The notes under the pieces: model-generated
What the model saw: the letters and a program-made list of their open reading frames with translations, nothing else
The model's database searches: none
Told to the model about the DNA's origin: nothing
Shown: positions 28,228-37,352 of the stretch, in pieces
How positions within the stretch are numbered: the first letter of the stretch is position 1
Layout: each line of letters begins with the position of its first letter
DNA from: a virus
Reading direction: 5' to 3' (one strand)
DNA: 64,000 nucleotides
Virus record (IMG/VR): IMGVR_UViG_3300044953_000102
Coordinates: 32,001-96,000 of that record
Made by a program: the position numbers and the translations under genes

Positions 28228-28572
28228 ATGGCACAGGCAAAAACTAAGAAAGTAAAAGTTACTGCCGGTGGTGAAAAACATGTAGTATATAAGAAGACTA
28301 CAAAAAAAGGAGAAGGAAAGGTTGGTCATATTATGGTCAACCATCCTACTAAAGATAAAGGACAGTGGGATACTATAGATTTAACTGCTAAAGCAAAAGC
28401 AAAAACAGTTAAACAAGGTGTGGCAGCAACTAGAAAATGGCATAAAGAAAATCCTTATCCCAAACAAAAAATGAAGTTGGGTGGAAGTGCAAAGAGTTGT
28501 TGGCCTGGTTATGAAAAAAAAGGTACTAAAAAGATGTATGGTAAAACATATAACAACTGTGTAAAAAAATAG
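28228..28572 (+). CDS. small basic protein with C-terminal CWxGY...NCV module
   Basis: MKLGG linker then CWPGYEKKGTKKMYGKTYNNCVKK. Confidence 0.7.
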   Translation: MAQAKTKKVKVTAGGEKHVVYKKTTKKGEGKVGHIMVNHPTKDKGQWDTIDLTAKAKAKTVKQGVAATRKWHKENPYPKQKMKLGGSAKSCWPGYEKKGTKKMYGKTYNNCVKK

Positions 28573-28574
28573 TC

Positions 28575-28895
28575 ATGGCAAGTAGTAGAGCACAACAAGC
28601 AGCAATAGCTATCTCAATGAAGAAAGCTGGTAAGAAACCTAAGATGAAATCAGGTGGTTCTACTCCTGCTTGGACAAGAAAAGAAGGAAAATCTCCTTCT
28701 GGAGGACTTAATGCTAAAGGTAGAGCTTCTTATAACAAGTCTACTGGTGGTAATCTTAAAGCTCCTCAACCAGAAGGAGGTCCTAGAAAAAAATCATTTT
28801 GTGCTAGATCTGCAGGTCAAATGAAGATGTGGCCTAAAGCAGCTAAGGATCCAAATAGTAGATTACGATTAGCTAGAAAGAAATGGAAGTGTTAA
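28575..28895 (+). CDS. small basic protein (DUF6321-like)
   Basis: MKSGG linker then TPAWTRKEGKSPSGGLNAKGRASY...KSFCAR...DPNSR...W.C. Confidence 0.7.
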   Translation: MASSRAQQAAIAISMKKAGKKPKMKSGGSTPAWTRKEGKSPSGGLNAKGRASYNKSTGGNLKAPQPEGGPRKKSFCARSAGQMKMWPKAAKDPNSRLRLARKKWKC

Positions 28896-28925
28896 AAATA
28901 TTATTAATTAAAAAATAAATGTATA

Positions 28926-29141
28926 ATGAAAAAGTTAGTAAAAAAACAAGTGGGTGGTCCAGTAAGACCTAAAAATGTACAAAGAACAAGCGGTTCACAA
29001 CCTTTAACAGAATATAGTCCAAAGATTAATAGAGGAGGTGGAAATCTTATACCTGTTGGAGCAACTAAACATCCTAAAACAGGAAAACCTTTAAAACCTT
29101 CTATGAAGAAAGGTGGAATTGTAAAAGGTAAGAAAAAATAA
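28926..29141 (+). CDS. small basic protein
   Basis: KQVGG and MKKGG motifs. Confidence 0.65.
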   Translation: MKKLVKKQVGGPVRPKNVQRTSGSQPLTEYSPKINRGGGNLIPVGATKHPKTGKPLKPSMKKGGIVKGKKK

Positions 29142-29233
29142 TGAAAGGTATGAAAGCTAAACTTACATCTGCTAAGACAGCTAATGATCCTAACTCTAGG
29201 ATCAATAAGTCTTTAAGAAAGTGGAATTGTTAA
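29141..29233 (+). CDS. 30-aa basic peptide, paralogous to the C-terminus of 28575..28895 (not in ORF track)
   Basis: MKGMKAKLTSAKTANDPNSRINKSLRKWNC; TAATG coupling. Confidence 0.5.
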   Translation: MKGMKAKLTSAKTANDPNSRINKSLRKWNC

Positions 29234-29250
29234 ACTAAAAATTATAAGAA

Positions 29251-29916
29251 ATGAAAATGTGTGCTAAATGTGGTGGATCTATGAAAAAAGGTGGTGCTAC
29301 AAAAAAGATGGCTAAAGGTGGTGTGCAAAAAATTGTTGGTATGCCTGGATATAATGCAACTCTTTACCCTACATCTTTTAAGAAAGGTGGTGTTAAGAAA
29401 ATGCAGAGTGGTGGAGAAAAACCTGATAAAAGTGTTTTAAAAAATATACTAGGTTTAATTGGTGGAGGATCTGGTATTTTAGCTGGCACAATATTAGGAA
29501 ATAGAGAAAAGGATTCTGAAAAAGCTAATGAAAGAGATAATAAAAGAATCCAAAGAAAAAGTGATAGAAGGGAAAAGAAAGGTTACAAACCAATCTCTAG
29601 ACCATCATTCAAAAATGGTGGTTCTACTTCTTTTGGTATGCTTTCAGTAAAAGCTGGTGTAGATAAAAATCCTAAACCAACTGCTGCTGATAGAATTGCT
29701 GGAGCTAAGATGAAAAAGAAAATGGGTGGTTCAGCAAAACCTTCTGCTGATCTTAGTGCAAAAACTAAATCTAACATTGCTAAAAAAGCTAGTGCTGGAA
29801 AAGACATTGGTAAGAAAGGTAAAGGTTTTGCAAAAGTAGCTGCTGCTGCAGGTGGTGGTGAAAAAGGTAAAAGAATTGCTGCAGCTGCAATGTGGAAAAA
29901 TATTAAAAGAGGATAA
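29251..29916 (+). CDS. Lys-rich multi-module basic protein
   Basis: Repeated MKKGG/MAKGG/FKKGG/MQSGG/FKNGG/KKMGG linkers. Confidence 0.7.
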   Translation: MKMCAKCGGSMKKGGATKKMAKGGVQKIVGMPGYNATLYPTSFKKGGVKKMQSGGEKPDKSVLKNILGLIGGGSGILAGTILGNREKDSEKANERDNKRIQRKSDRREKKGYKPISRPSFKNGGSTSFGMLSVKAGVDKNPKPTAADRIAGAKMKKKMGGSAKPSADLSAKTKSNIAKKASAGKDIGKKGKGFAKVAAAAGGGEKGKRIAAAAMWKNIKRG

Positions 29917-30614
29917 TGTTAAATAGTACTATTACCATAAAGATTAAACAAAGACTCAATAAACTTGACAGTCAAGATTATGATAACATAACCTGCTGGC
30001 AAGTTGTTGAGGCTTTTAATAAAGCTCAGGTGGAATGGTCTAGGAGACAGCTACATGGTATTAATGTAGTTAAGGAAGGTGATGAACAATCTACTCGTAG
30101 AAAGGATGACCTTCAAAAACTTTTAATTAAAACACCTTTGACTTCAGTAAAGAAAGATCTTTATTATGAAGGAGATGTTCCTGTAAACTATTTACAATGG
30201 AAACGTGTAGACATCTATGCAAAAAAAGAGTGTTGTGATAAAAGAAGAATGACTGTATATCTTGCAGAAGAAGGGAATCTTAATCAACTTCTGAGAGATA
30301 AATCAAAACAACCAAGTTTTGAATGGGCAGAAACATTTGCAACTTTAATCAACGACACAGTACATCTTTACACAAACAATGAATTTGAAGTAGAGGAAGC
30401 ATACCTAACCTACTACAGACAACCGGTAAAAATACAAATTGATGGATGTTCAGATCCATACACCGGGATTACTTCCACTACAAATGTAGATTGTGAATTT
30501 AAAGATGACATAATAGAATTAATAATTGATGAGGCAGTAAGTATTCTAGCTGGAGACATAGAGTCTGGAAACCAATTCTCTAGAACACAAGAATCTGCTG
30601 AACGTAGTAACTAA
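29916..30614 (+). CDS. putative head-tail adaptor/ring protein
   Basis: LNKLDS..FNKAQ...LTYYRQP...IIDEAV pattern; crAss-like synteny. Confidence 0.6.
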   Translation: MLNSTITIKIKQRLNKLDSQDYDNITCWQVVEAFNKAQVEWSRRQLHGINVVKEGDEQSTRRKDDLQKLLIKTPLTSVKKDLYYEGDVPVNYLQWKRVDIYAKKECCDKRRMTVYLAEEGNLNQLLRDKSKQPSFEWAETFATLINDTVHLYTNNEFEVEEAYLTYYRQPVKIQIDGCSDPYTGITSTTNVDCEFKDDIIELIIDEAVSILAGDIESGNQFSRTQESAERSN

Positions 30615-30620
30615 TAAATA

Positions 30621-31238
30621 ATGGAATCAAAACCAAGAACTTTAAAAAGACCAGAAATTGTAAAAGTGCCTCAATCAACTGGCATACCAAATATTGATAA
30701 ACCAAGTACAGGAACATCAAAAGATACTCCTGAATTTAAAACCATGAACCCTCTAATTACAGAGTCATGTGTAGAATATCTTAATTATAGAATTCAACAA
30801 GAAGAATATTCTTCTAGAATCTACATGGCAATGACGATGTGGTTGGATGAAAAAGGATTTAAAGGAGCTGCTGGTCTTTGGAGAAAATATTCAGATGAAG
30901 AACTTACTCATGCTGACATAGCACGTAAGTATCTTTTATCTTTTGGTGTACAACCATTAACTCCAAGATTAGACCAACCTCAACAAGATTTTCCAGGAAG
31001 TCTTCCTGAGATTATTCAGTTATCTTATGAGCATGAGATAGAAGTATCTACTCAAATTAAAAAGATGGCTGATCATGCACTTGGCATGAAAGATCATATG
31101 TTATATGAATTATGTCTTGGTTATCTTAAAGAACAAGTTGAAGAGCATGATAAAATGCAAACATGGGTTGACAAATTAAAAACATTTGGTACAGATCCAT
31201 TAGCTCTTAGATTACTTGATAATGATATGGCCGGATAA
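30621..31238 (+). CDS. ftn: non-heme ferritin-like protein
   Basis: LNYRIQQEEYSSRIY.AM..W, EELTHA, EHE, YLKEQVEE ferroxidase pattern. Confidence 0.85.
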   Translation: MESKPRTLKRPEIVKVPQSTGIPNIDKPSTGTSKDTPEFKTMNPLITESCVEYLNYRIQQEEYSSRIYMAMTMWLDEKGFKGAAGLWRKYSDEELTHADIARKYLLSFGVQPLTPRLDQPQQDFPGSLPEIIQLSYEHEIEVSTQIKKMADHALGMKDHMLYELCLGYLKEQVEEHDKMQTWVDKLKTFGTDPLALRLLDNDMAG

Positions 31239-31313
31239 TTTTTATAATAATTTGGATAATTAAAAACTTTTGACTATATTATAGTATATATTTATTAACT
31301 AAAACAAAAAACA

Positions 31314-32663
31314 ATGGCTTATTTTGATCATGCGTACAGAAAAGTCCTTTTGGCAACAAATGGAGTTTCTAACCTAACAGGTGTACAATTAGGTACTCCT
31401 ACTGCACCTGGTGCAACAACTACTTACCAGCTTGCTCCTGGTACAATTACATTTATCAACCCTGAAACATTTATTGTTGATGATGCTCCTGCATCTTGTT
31501 GTGATGTAATTCTTGCTGCTGGTTCAATCTATCCTAAAGATAAGATTGGTCCTTTCCACGGAGGTTATCAAGAGTCTAACAAAACTAAGACTATCAAACC
31601 TCAGTATGTAAGCAAGTATTGGTATGTTAATGCTAATGCACCTTCTAACTATATTATCCATGTTGGATATACTCCATGGACAGATGCAAATCCACCTTCA
31701 AGCAGCAACCCTGGTGAAACAGGAGGTACTTGTTGTAAAGAGTTCTTATGTGGTGAGACTTATTATCTACGTTTAGATGTTAAAGGTTCTCCTGCAATGA
31801 GATACTTAAATCACAATGCATATGAGACTCTTGAGGCTTATACAGGATGTTGTGATCCTGCTGCAATTGCACCTACTCCAGTTGATCCACGTAAAGTATA
31901 TCTTGCTTGGGCTAATCAACTTTTAGAGTCTCCAATTGTAAATCCTTTTGCATATCCAGTAGTTACTTTCTCAAATGATGGTGGAGCAACTTGGACATAC
32001 TACTATCCAAATAATGTTAATACTGCTACATTACCTGTAATCCCAGGTGTAACATATGCAAATTATGAGGATTGGACTGAGCAAGTTTATGCAAACACAA
32101 TGTGTGCTGGTTTAGCTTTAACTGGTGCTTATGTTGATACTAAGTTTGGTAACTGTACATTCCAAGTTTCTGACTTCTATGAATTAGAGCCAGTAAGACT
32201 TTATGCTTCTGAAGTAGATTACACAGGTTCACCTTGTGAGTTTAACTCACTTTGTGTTGGTGTAGAATGTTATGGATTACAAGCAAATGGTACTGGAGAA
32301 ACTGTAGCAAGAGATTACATCTTGTCAGAATCTTACAGACAAAGCTACTTTGCAACTGACTTCCGTATCAGAGAGATTACTCAAGGAGATGCAATTGTTG
32401 GATGTAATGGATTTATTGATAGAAACTCTCTATATGATAGAATCTACTTACTACACAATGTACCTCGTTTCTACAATCCTACTGGAACATTTGACAATGA
32501 TCAATATTTAGTAGAAGTTATTGTAGATCAAGGAGACATTTTAAATCCAAATGGTGTTTGGAATGCAATCTCTGATTGGTTAACAAACTGTTCAAGTTGT
32601 AATGCTGAACCTAATGTAACAGGTACCAACTGTCCTACTCCAGTGGTTCCATTACCAGCATAA
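31314..32663 (+). CDS. abundant structural protein (Cys-rich, crAss-like)
   Basis: Own promoter motif and terminator, strong codon bias. Confidence 0.6.
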   Translation: MAYFDHAYRKVLLATNGVSNLTGVQLGTPTAPGATTTYQLAPGTITFINPETFIVDDAPASCCDVILAAGSIYPKDKIGPFHGGYQESNKTKTIKPQYVSKYWYVNANAPSNYIIHVGYTPWTDANPPSSSNPGETGGTCCKEFLCGETYYLRLDVKGSPAMRYLNHNAYETLEAYTGCCDPAAIAPTPVDPRKVYLAWANQLLESPIVNPFAYPVVTFSNDGGATWTYYYPNNVNTATLPVIPGVTYANYEDWTEQVYANTMCAGLALTGAYVDTKFGNCTFQVSDFYELEPVRLYASEVDYTGSPCEFNSLCVGVECYGLQANGTGETVARDYILSESYRQSYFATDFRIREITQGDAIVGCNGFIDRNSLYDRIYLLHNVPRFYNPTGTFDNDQYLVEVIVDQGDILNPNGVWNAISDWLTNCSSCNAEPNVTGTNCPTPVVPLPA

Positions 32664-32685
32664 TAGAACATAGTAATAACTCATA

Positions 32686-32720
32686 AGGAGAGTGAGAGTC
32701 TATCTCTCCTCTCCTTTTTT
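32686..32720 (+). terminator. intrinsic terminator
   Basis: AAGGAGAG.GAGA...TCTC.CTCTCCTTTTTT. Confidence 0.75.
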
Positions 32721-32731
32721 ATTATAAAAAA

Positions 32732-33274
32732 ATGGCAAATCATGTATTAAGTTTGGAGATACCTACTGTATCAAATCCATGTGTGTTCAAAATCTTTGAC
32801 ACAAGTGTATACTCACCACTGGTTGGAATATTTAATCCAAGACTTTATGTAGTTGTTCCTGGATTTAAAAATACTGCTGAGTTATCTTTTGTACCAGAAT
32901 CTAGTCCTACACTTACTGCTTGTGACTTTGGTTTACAAACTGAAGGATGTGGTAGTACATATGCTAATCTTCCAGATGGTATATATGGTATTAAATATTC
33001 TGTAGATCCTGAGTGTAAAGTTTACGTAGAATACAATCATTTAAGAATTACATGTGCATTGAATAGATATGAAAAAATACTGTGCACATTGAGTATTTCA
33101 GATTGTGATCCTCCAGTAAAAATAAAACAAAAGCTACGAGATCTTCATTTAATTAAAATGTATTTGGAAGCAGCTAAGGCAAAAGTTGAAACGTGTCATG
33201 AAAATCAAGAAAGTATGACATTGTTTAACTATGCAGTTAAGCTTCTAAATAAATTTGAATGTAAAAATTGTTAA
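32732..33274 (+). CDS. putative tail structural protein
   Basis: LPDGIY.IKYSV motif, Cys-containing. Confidence 0.55.
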   Translation: MANHVLSLEIPTVSNPCVFKIFDTSVYSPLVGIFNPRLYVVVPGFKNTAELSFVPESSPTLTACDFGLQTEGCGSTYANLPDGIYGIKYSVDPECKVYVEYNHLRITCALNRYEKILCTLSISDCDPPVKIKQKLRDLHLIKMYLEAAKAKVETCHENQESMTLFNYAVKLLNKFECKNC

Positions 33275-33292
33275 ACTCTAAAAACCAACAAA

Positions 33293-33436
33293 ATGAGTGC
33301 ATGTCCAAATTGCGGAAAAAAACTGTCTTGTGGATGTCAAAAGAAAAAAGCATCTAATGGACAAACTGTATGTAATGACTGTAAAGTACAGTATGAGCAG
33401 CAGTTACAACAACAAATGAAAAAATTTACTAAATAA
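33293..33436 (+). CDS. 47-aa Cys-rich protein (not in ORF track)
   Basis: MSACPNCGKKLSCGCQ...VCNDC; AAAACCAACA leader; TAATG coupling. Confidence 0.7.
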   Translation: MSACPNCGKKLSCGCQKKKASNGQTVCNDCKVQYEQQLQQQMKKFTK

Positions 33437-35583
33437 TGTGTACAATTGTTCCAGGTTCCCTTACCGTAAGAGTCTCAGAATGTGACCCAGATACAGGATT
33501 ATATTCAATATCAGGAGAAGTTGATGTTATCAACCCTCCTGGACAAATGAATTCTGGAACAACAGGTTATGCAGTATTTGGTACTACATGTAGTGGAGGG
33601 GGATCAAGTCCAGAAGTTGTTTCTGGATTGTTTCCAGATCTTCCAGTTGTAACAGTAAGTTATACAATTATTAATTTAATTGCTAATGGTGTTAATGGTT
33701 GTATACTTTCTGTAGAATTTTATGATAATACTTTTCCAACAAATAATTTAGATCCTGTAGTTGTTTGTTCTGCTGAATTAGAATTTAATGCACCAGAGCC
33801 ATGTTTTACAGAGTTTCTTTATTATGAGTTTACAAACTGTTGTAATCCAGATGAAGTAATATCATTTAATCCAGGACAAGATCCTTTTGTTACAATTACT
33901 CCAGGAACATATTTATATTCTGGTCCAGCATATCAAGGTTTATTACCTAATACATGCTATACTATATCAGAGGCATTTACAATAGATCCTGCATTTTTTA
34001 CTAATCTCCCAAATGTACCATTAAACATTCCAGCAAATTACACAGAAGCTGTTGATTGTAATGATACACTTGTTTGTCCAGGATGTGATGTAAAATGTTA
34101 TAGACTTTTTTCTTGTGCAGGTACAGCATTACCTTTTAATACACATACAAATCTTTCTGCATACTTAGGTCAGTTTATAGAAATAAGTTTGGTTGGTCAA
34201 ACTTCAATTGGTTGTTTTTATGTACAAGAAGTTGATCCTTTTACTTGTTCTGATGCTGTTGAGATAGAAGTTCTTGGTACAGGTTGTAATTGTGAATGCT
34301 TATGCTATACAATATTAGGAACTGTTAAAAAATTACAATACTTATCTTGTGATAATCAAATAATAAAAGATCCTACTGTAAGTCAATTTTGTTCAAGAAT
34401 ATATCCTATAGTTTCTGGCACACCTGGTGAATATCAAATAAATCAAGGTTTACCGTGTGTAGATGGTGAATGTCCTGAAGTTTGTTATTTACTAACTAAT
34501 TGTCAAACCGGTGCTACAATTACTACACAAAATAATCTGTCTCAGTATTATTTAAGTAATCAGGTAGTTGTAATAGTTGGAGAAGAAGGATGTTGGGAAA
34601 TTGAAATTGCTGAAGCTTGTGATTGTCCACAAGAAGTTATAGTTGCACAATTCTATGATGATTGTCCATCATGTATTCCACCGATTGCATATAAGTTAAT
34701 AAACTGTACAACACAACAAGTACAATTTTATACAACTACAGATTTATCTGCCTATGTAGGCAAAAGTGTAGAAATAGATTGTGGTTGTTATTTTGTAGAG
34801 CAAATAAATATTATACCCCCAACAGATACACCTATTGTAGTTGAATTTGTTTTTGATGATTGTATTGCTTGTAAAAAAGTTTATTACAGATTACAAGATT
34901 GTTTTGATCAAACTAATGTAATTTATACAACAACTGATTTAAGTTTATACCTTAATGAAGTAATTAAAATAAAAGGTTGCGATAACTGTTGGCAAGTAAC
35001 AGAAACAAGAACTTTTACCACATTAGAAAATGTAGAGGTAGTACAGGATTTTCTAACCTGTGAAGATTGTTATGTAGATGCTCCATGTATCTGTACTAAG
35101 ATAACTAATCTTACTCTTACAACACAAACTATTAGTTATATAGACTGTGAAAATAATGAAGTAGATCTAACACTGTTAGTAAATGAAACATCAGATAAGA
35201 TATGTGCTAAAAGATGGATTCTTCCAGATCTACCTGCTGGTCAATTCCTTTACCAAGAAACATTTGGAGAATGTCAACAAGGAGTGTGTCCACAGCCAGT
35301 ATTTAAAAATAATAGAACAGTACGTCCAGGATATAATACACCAATTTGTACACCGGCAAAATATGATGAAATAACTTGCAAGTTTGCAGACATCTTATAT
35401 AAGATTGCTCTTGAGAAAAGATATGGTATTACAAATTGTTGTCCTGAAGATGATGACAAGTGGTTGATTAAAAAAGAACTTATAGATCTTCAAGCTTTAA
35501 AAGATCCAAATTATGATTGTAAAGAATGTACGTGTGGTTGCAATCCAGTAAATGCATGCTCTACTTGCAATTGTAAAAATTAA
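33436..35583 (+). CDS. Cys-rich repeat structural protein (fibre/hub-like)
   Basis: Repeats Y.L..C...T.T[DN]LS.Y...I.I...C..V...CxxC. Confidence 0.65.
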   Translation: MCTIVPGSLTVRVSECDPDTGLYSISGEVDVINPPGQMNSGTTGYAVFGTTCSGGGSSPEVVSGLFPDLPVVTVSYTIINLIANGVNGCILSVEFYDNTFPTNNLDPVVVCSAELEFNAPEPCFTEFLYYEFTNCCNPDEVISFNPGQDPFVTITPGTYLYSGPAYQGLLPNTCYTISEAFTIDPAFFTNLPNVPLNIPANYTEAVDCNDTLVCPGCDVKCYRLFSCAGTALPFNTHTNLSAYLGQFIEISLVGQTSIGCFYVQEVDPFTCSDAVEIEVLGTGCNCECLCYTILGTVKKLQYLSCDNQIIKDPTVSQFCSRIYPIVSGTPGEYQINQGLPCVDGECPEVCYLLTNCQTGATITTQNNLSQYYLSNQVVVIVGEEGCWEIEIAEACDCPQEVIVAQFYDDCPSCIPPIAYKLINCTTQQVQFYTTTDLSAYVGKSVEIDCGCYFVEQINIIPPTDTPIVVEFVFDDCIACKKVYYRLQDCFDQTNVIYTTTDLSLYLNEVIKIKGCDNCWQVTETRTFTTLENVEVVQDFLTCEDCYVDAPCICTKITNLTLTTQTISYIDCENNEVDLTLLVNETSDKICAKRWILPDLPAGQFLYQETFGECQQGVCPQPVFKNNRTVRPGYNTPICTPAKYDEITCKFADILYKIALEKRYGITNCCPEDDDKWLIKKELIDLQALKDPNYDCKECTCGCNPVNACSTCNCKN

Positions 35584-35609
35584 TTTGTATATTATAAATA
35601 GAACAAAAT

Positions 35610-37319
35610 ATGAAGCCTTTAAATTTAGATAACAGACCATGCTCTCCAATATCATCTAATTGTGTGATATGGCAAGGACCTACATTAGATTGTATTAGTC
35701 TATGTACTGGAGATACTATATCTGATGTTGTAGCAAAAATGGCTACAGAACTTTGTACATTACTTGATCAAACTAATGTTACAAATTATGACCTTACTTG
35801 TCTTGGAATTACATCTTGTGGTCCTCAAGATTTTCAAGCTCTTATACAATTACTAATTGATAAAATTTGTGAACTTCAAGGTTTACCAGTTAATCAACTT
35901 CAGTCAACTTCTACATGTCCAGATTGTTTGGTTTCAGTAGCTCCATGTTTTGTAGAAAATGGTCAAACTACAATGCAGTTGATTGACTATGTTCAAATGA
36001 TTGCAAATAAACTTTGTGATTTAATTGCACAAATTGCAGACATACAAACTCAAATAGACAATTTGGATATTAGAGTTACTGTATTAGAAAATACTCCTCC
36101 ACCATCATTTACACTTCCAAGTATAGCAGTAGATTGTACATTATCAGATGGTGTTATTGTTGGAGGAAATGCTTATACAATTGATCTTATACTAAATGCA
36201 TTAGTAAATGATGATACTTATGGATACTGTGCACTATTGGGTGCAACAGGTTTACCTGCTGATATTATCTCTGCAGTATCTGGTGCATGTATTACATCTA
36301 CCACTCCAACATTGTCTAATGCACCAACACCTTATGGTACTGAGTATTTAGGTTCTTGGGTTAATACCCCTACTACGGTTGCTGATGCAATTACTAATAT
36401 TTGGATTGTACTTTGTGATATTTATCAATACTTACAAAGTCCAACTTTAAATGTAACTGACACAACTACTGTAAATCTAACATATTCATCTGGAACACTA
36501 TCTGCACAAGTACAAGATACTGGTTGGCTTGATTTAGATGGTTTTTCATTTATGGCATCAAATGCTAATAGACCTCAGTGTAGAAGAATAGGAAATGAAG
36601 TACATTTTAGAGGATATGTAACAGTACCAATGGGAAATGCTGATTCTGGAGGAAGTGGTAGTGTTAATCCTGCAACAAATGCTAATGATTATGTAGGATT
36701 AGCTTATGGTAATACATTTAATACTGTGCAATCTGGAAATGCACCTGACTCATGTAAATTAGTTACTTATAATAGTGGTGTTTGGGCTGCAGGTAATGTG
36801 GGTATTGGATTAAGTTTTAATCTTGGTAATTCTGTTATTCCTTCTGGAATACTTGCTCCTGGACAACTTTTTGATGGTAGTTATGCTTTAGGTGGTGGGA
36901 CAAGAAATATTATTTTTAGAACTGTAAGAACTACTGGTGGTAAAAATGCAGCTCTTCATTCATTAGGAAGTCTTTCTATATCAAGCACTGGTATATTATT
37001 TTGGGGAGGCCCATTATATGATGAGACATATCCTTCAGCAGTTTCTGGTTGGGAATATAGTGGGATTGGTAGAAGTATGATAAGTAATATAATATCTGGA
37101 GAAAATGTACCAACATTTACACCAACAGCACCATCAAGTTATAATGCAACTGGAGCAGGAGCATATACTCCAAGTTTAACAGGGGTTGCAGATACATGGG
37201 CATTTACTCAAAATGCTGGTCATGCAGATCAACTTGGTGGATTTATAATTAGAATAGATGGTTTAAAAGCATTTATTGATCCTTGTGATCCAATAATACC
37301 AACACCATCACCTTGTTAA
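35610..37319 (+). CDS. tail fibre protein
   Basis: N-terminal SSNCV.W.G anchor, coiled coil, DTGW...RRIGNEVHFRG fibre-tip domain. Confidence 0.7.
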   Translation: MKPLNLDNRPCSPISSNCVIWQGPTLDCISLCTGDTISDVVAKMATELCTLLDQTNVTNYDLTCLGITSCGPQDFQALIQLLIDKICELQGLPVNQLQSTSTCPDCLVSVAPCFVENGQTTMQLIDYVQMIANKLCDLIAQIADIQTQIDNLDIRVTVLENTPPPSFTLPSIAVDCTLSDGVIVGGNAYTIDLILNALVNDDTYGYCALLGATGLPADIISAVSGACITSTTPTLSNAPTPYGTEYLGSWVNTPTTVADAITNIWIVLCDIYQYLQSPTLNVTDTTTVNLTYSSGTLSAQVQDTGWLDLDGFSFMASNANRPQCRRIGNEVHFRGYVTVPMGNADSGGSGSVNPATNANDYVGLAYGNTFNTVQSGNAPDSCKLVTYNSGVWAAGNVGIGLSFNLGNSVIPSGILAPGQLFDGSYALGGGTRNIIFRTVRTTGGKNAALHSLGSLSISSTGILFWGGPLYDETYPSAVSGWEYSGIGRSMISNIISGENVPTFTPTAPSSYNATGAGAYTPSLTGVADTWAFTQNAGHADQLGGFIIRIDGLKAFIDPCDPIIPTPSPC

Positions 37320-37352
37320 TGTATATATAAGTTTAATTAAAAAATAAAAAAA

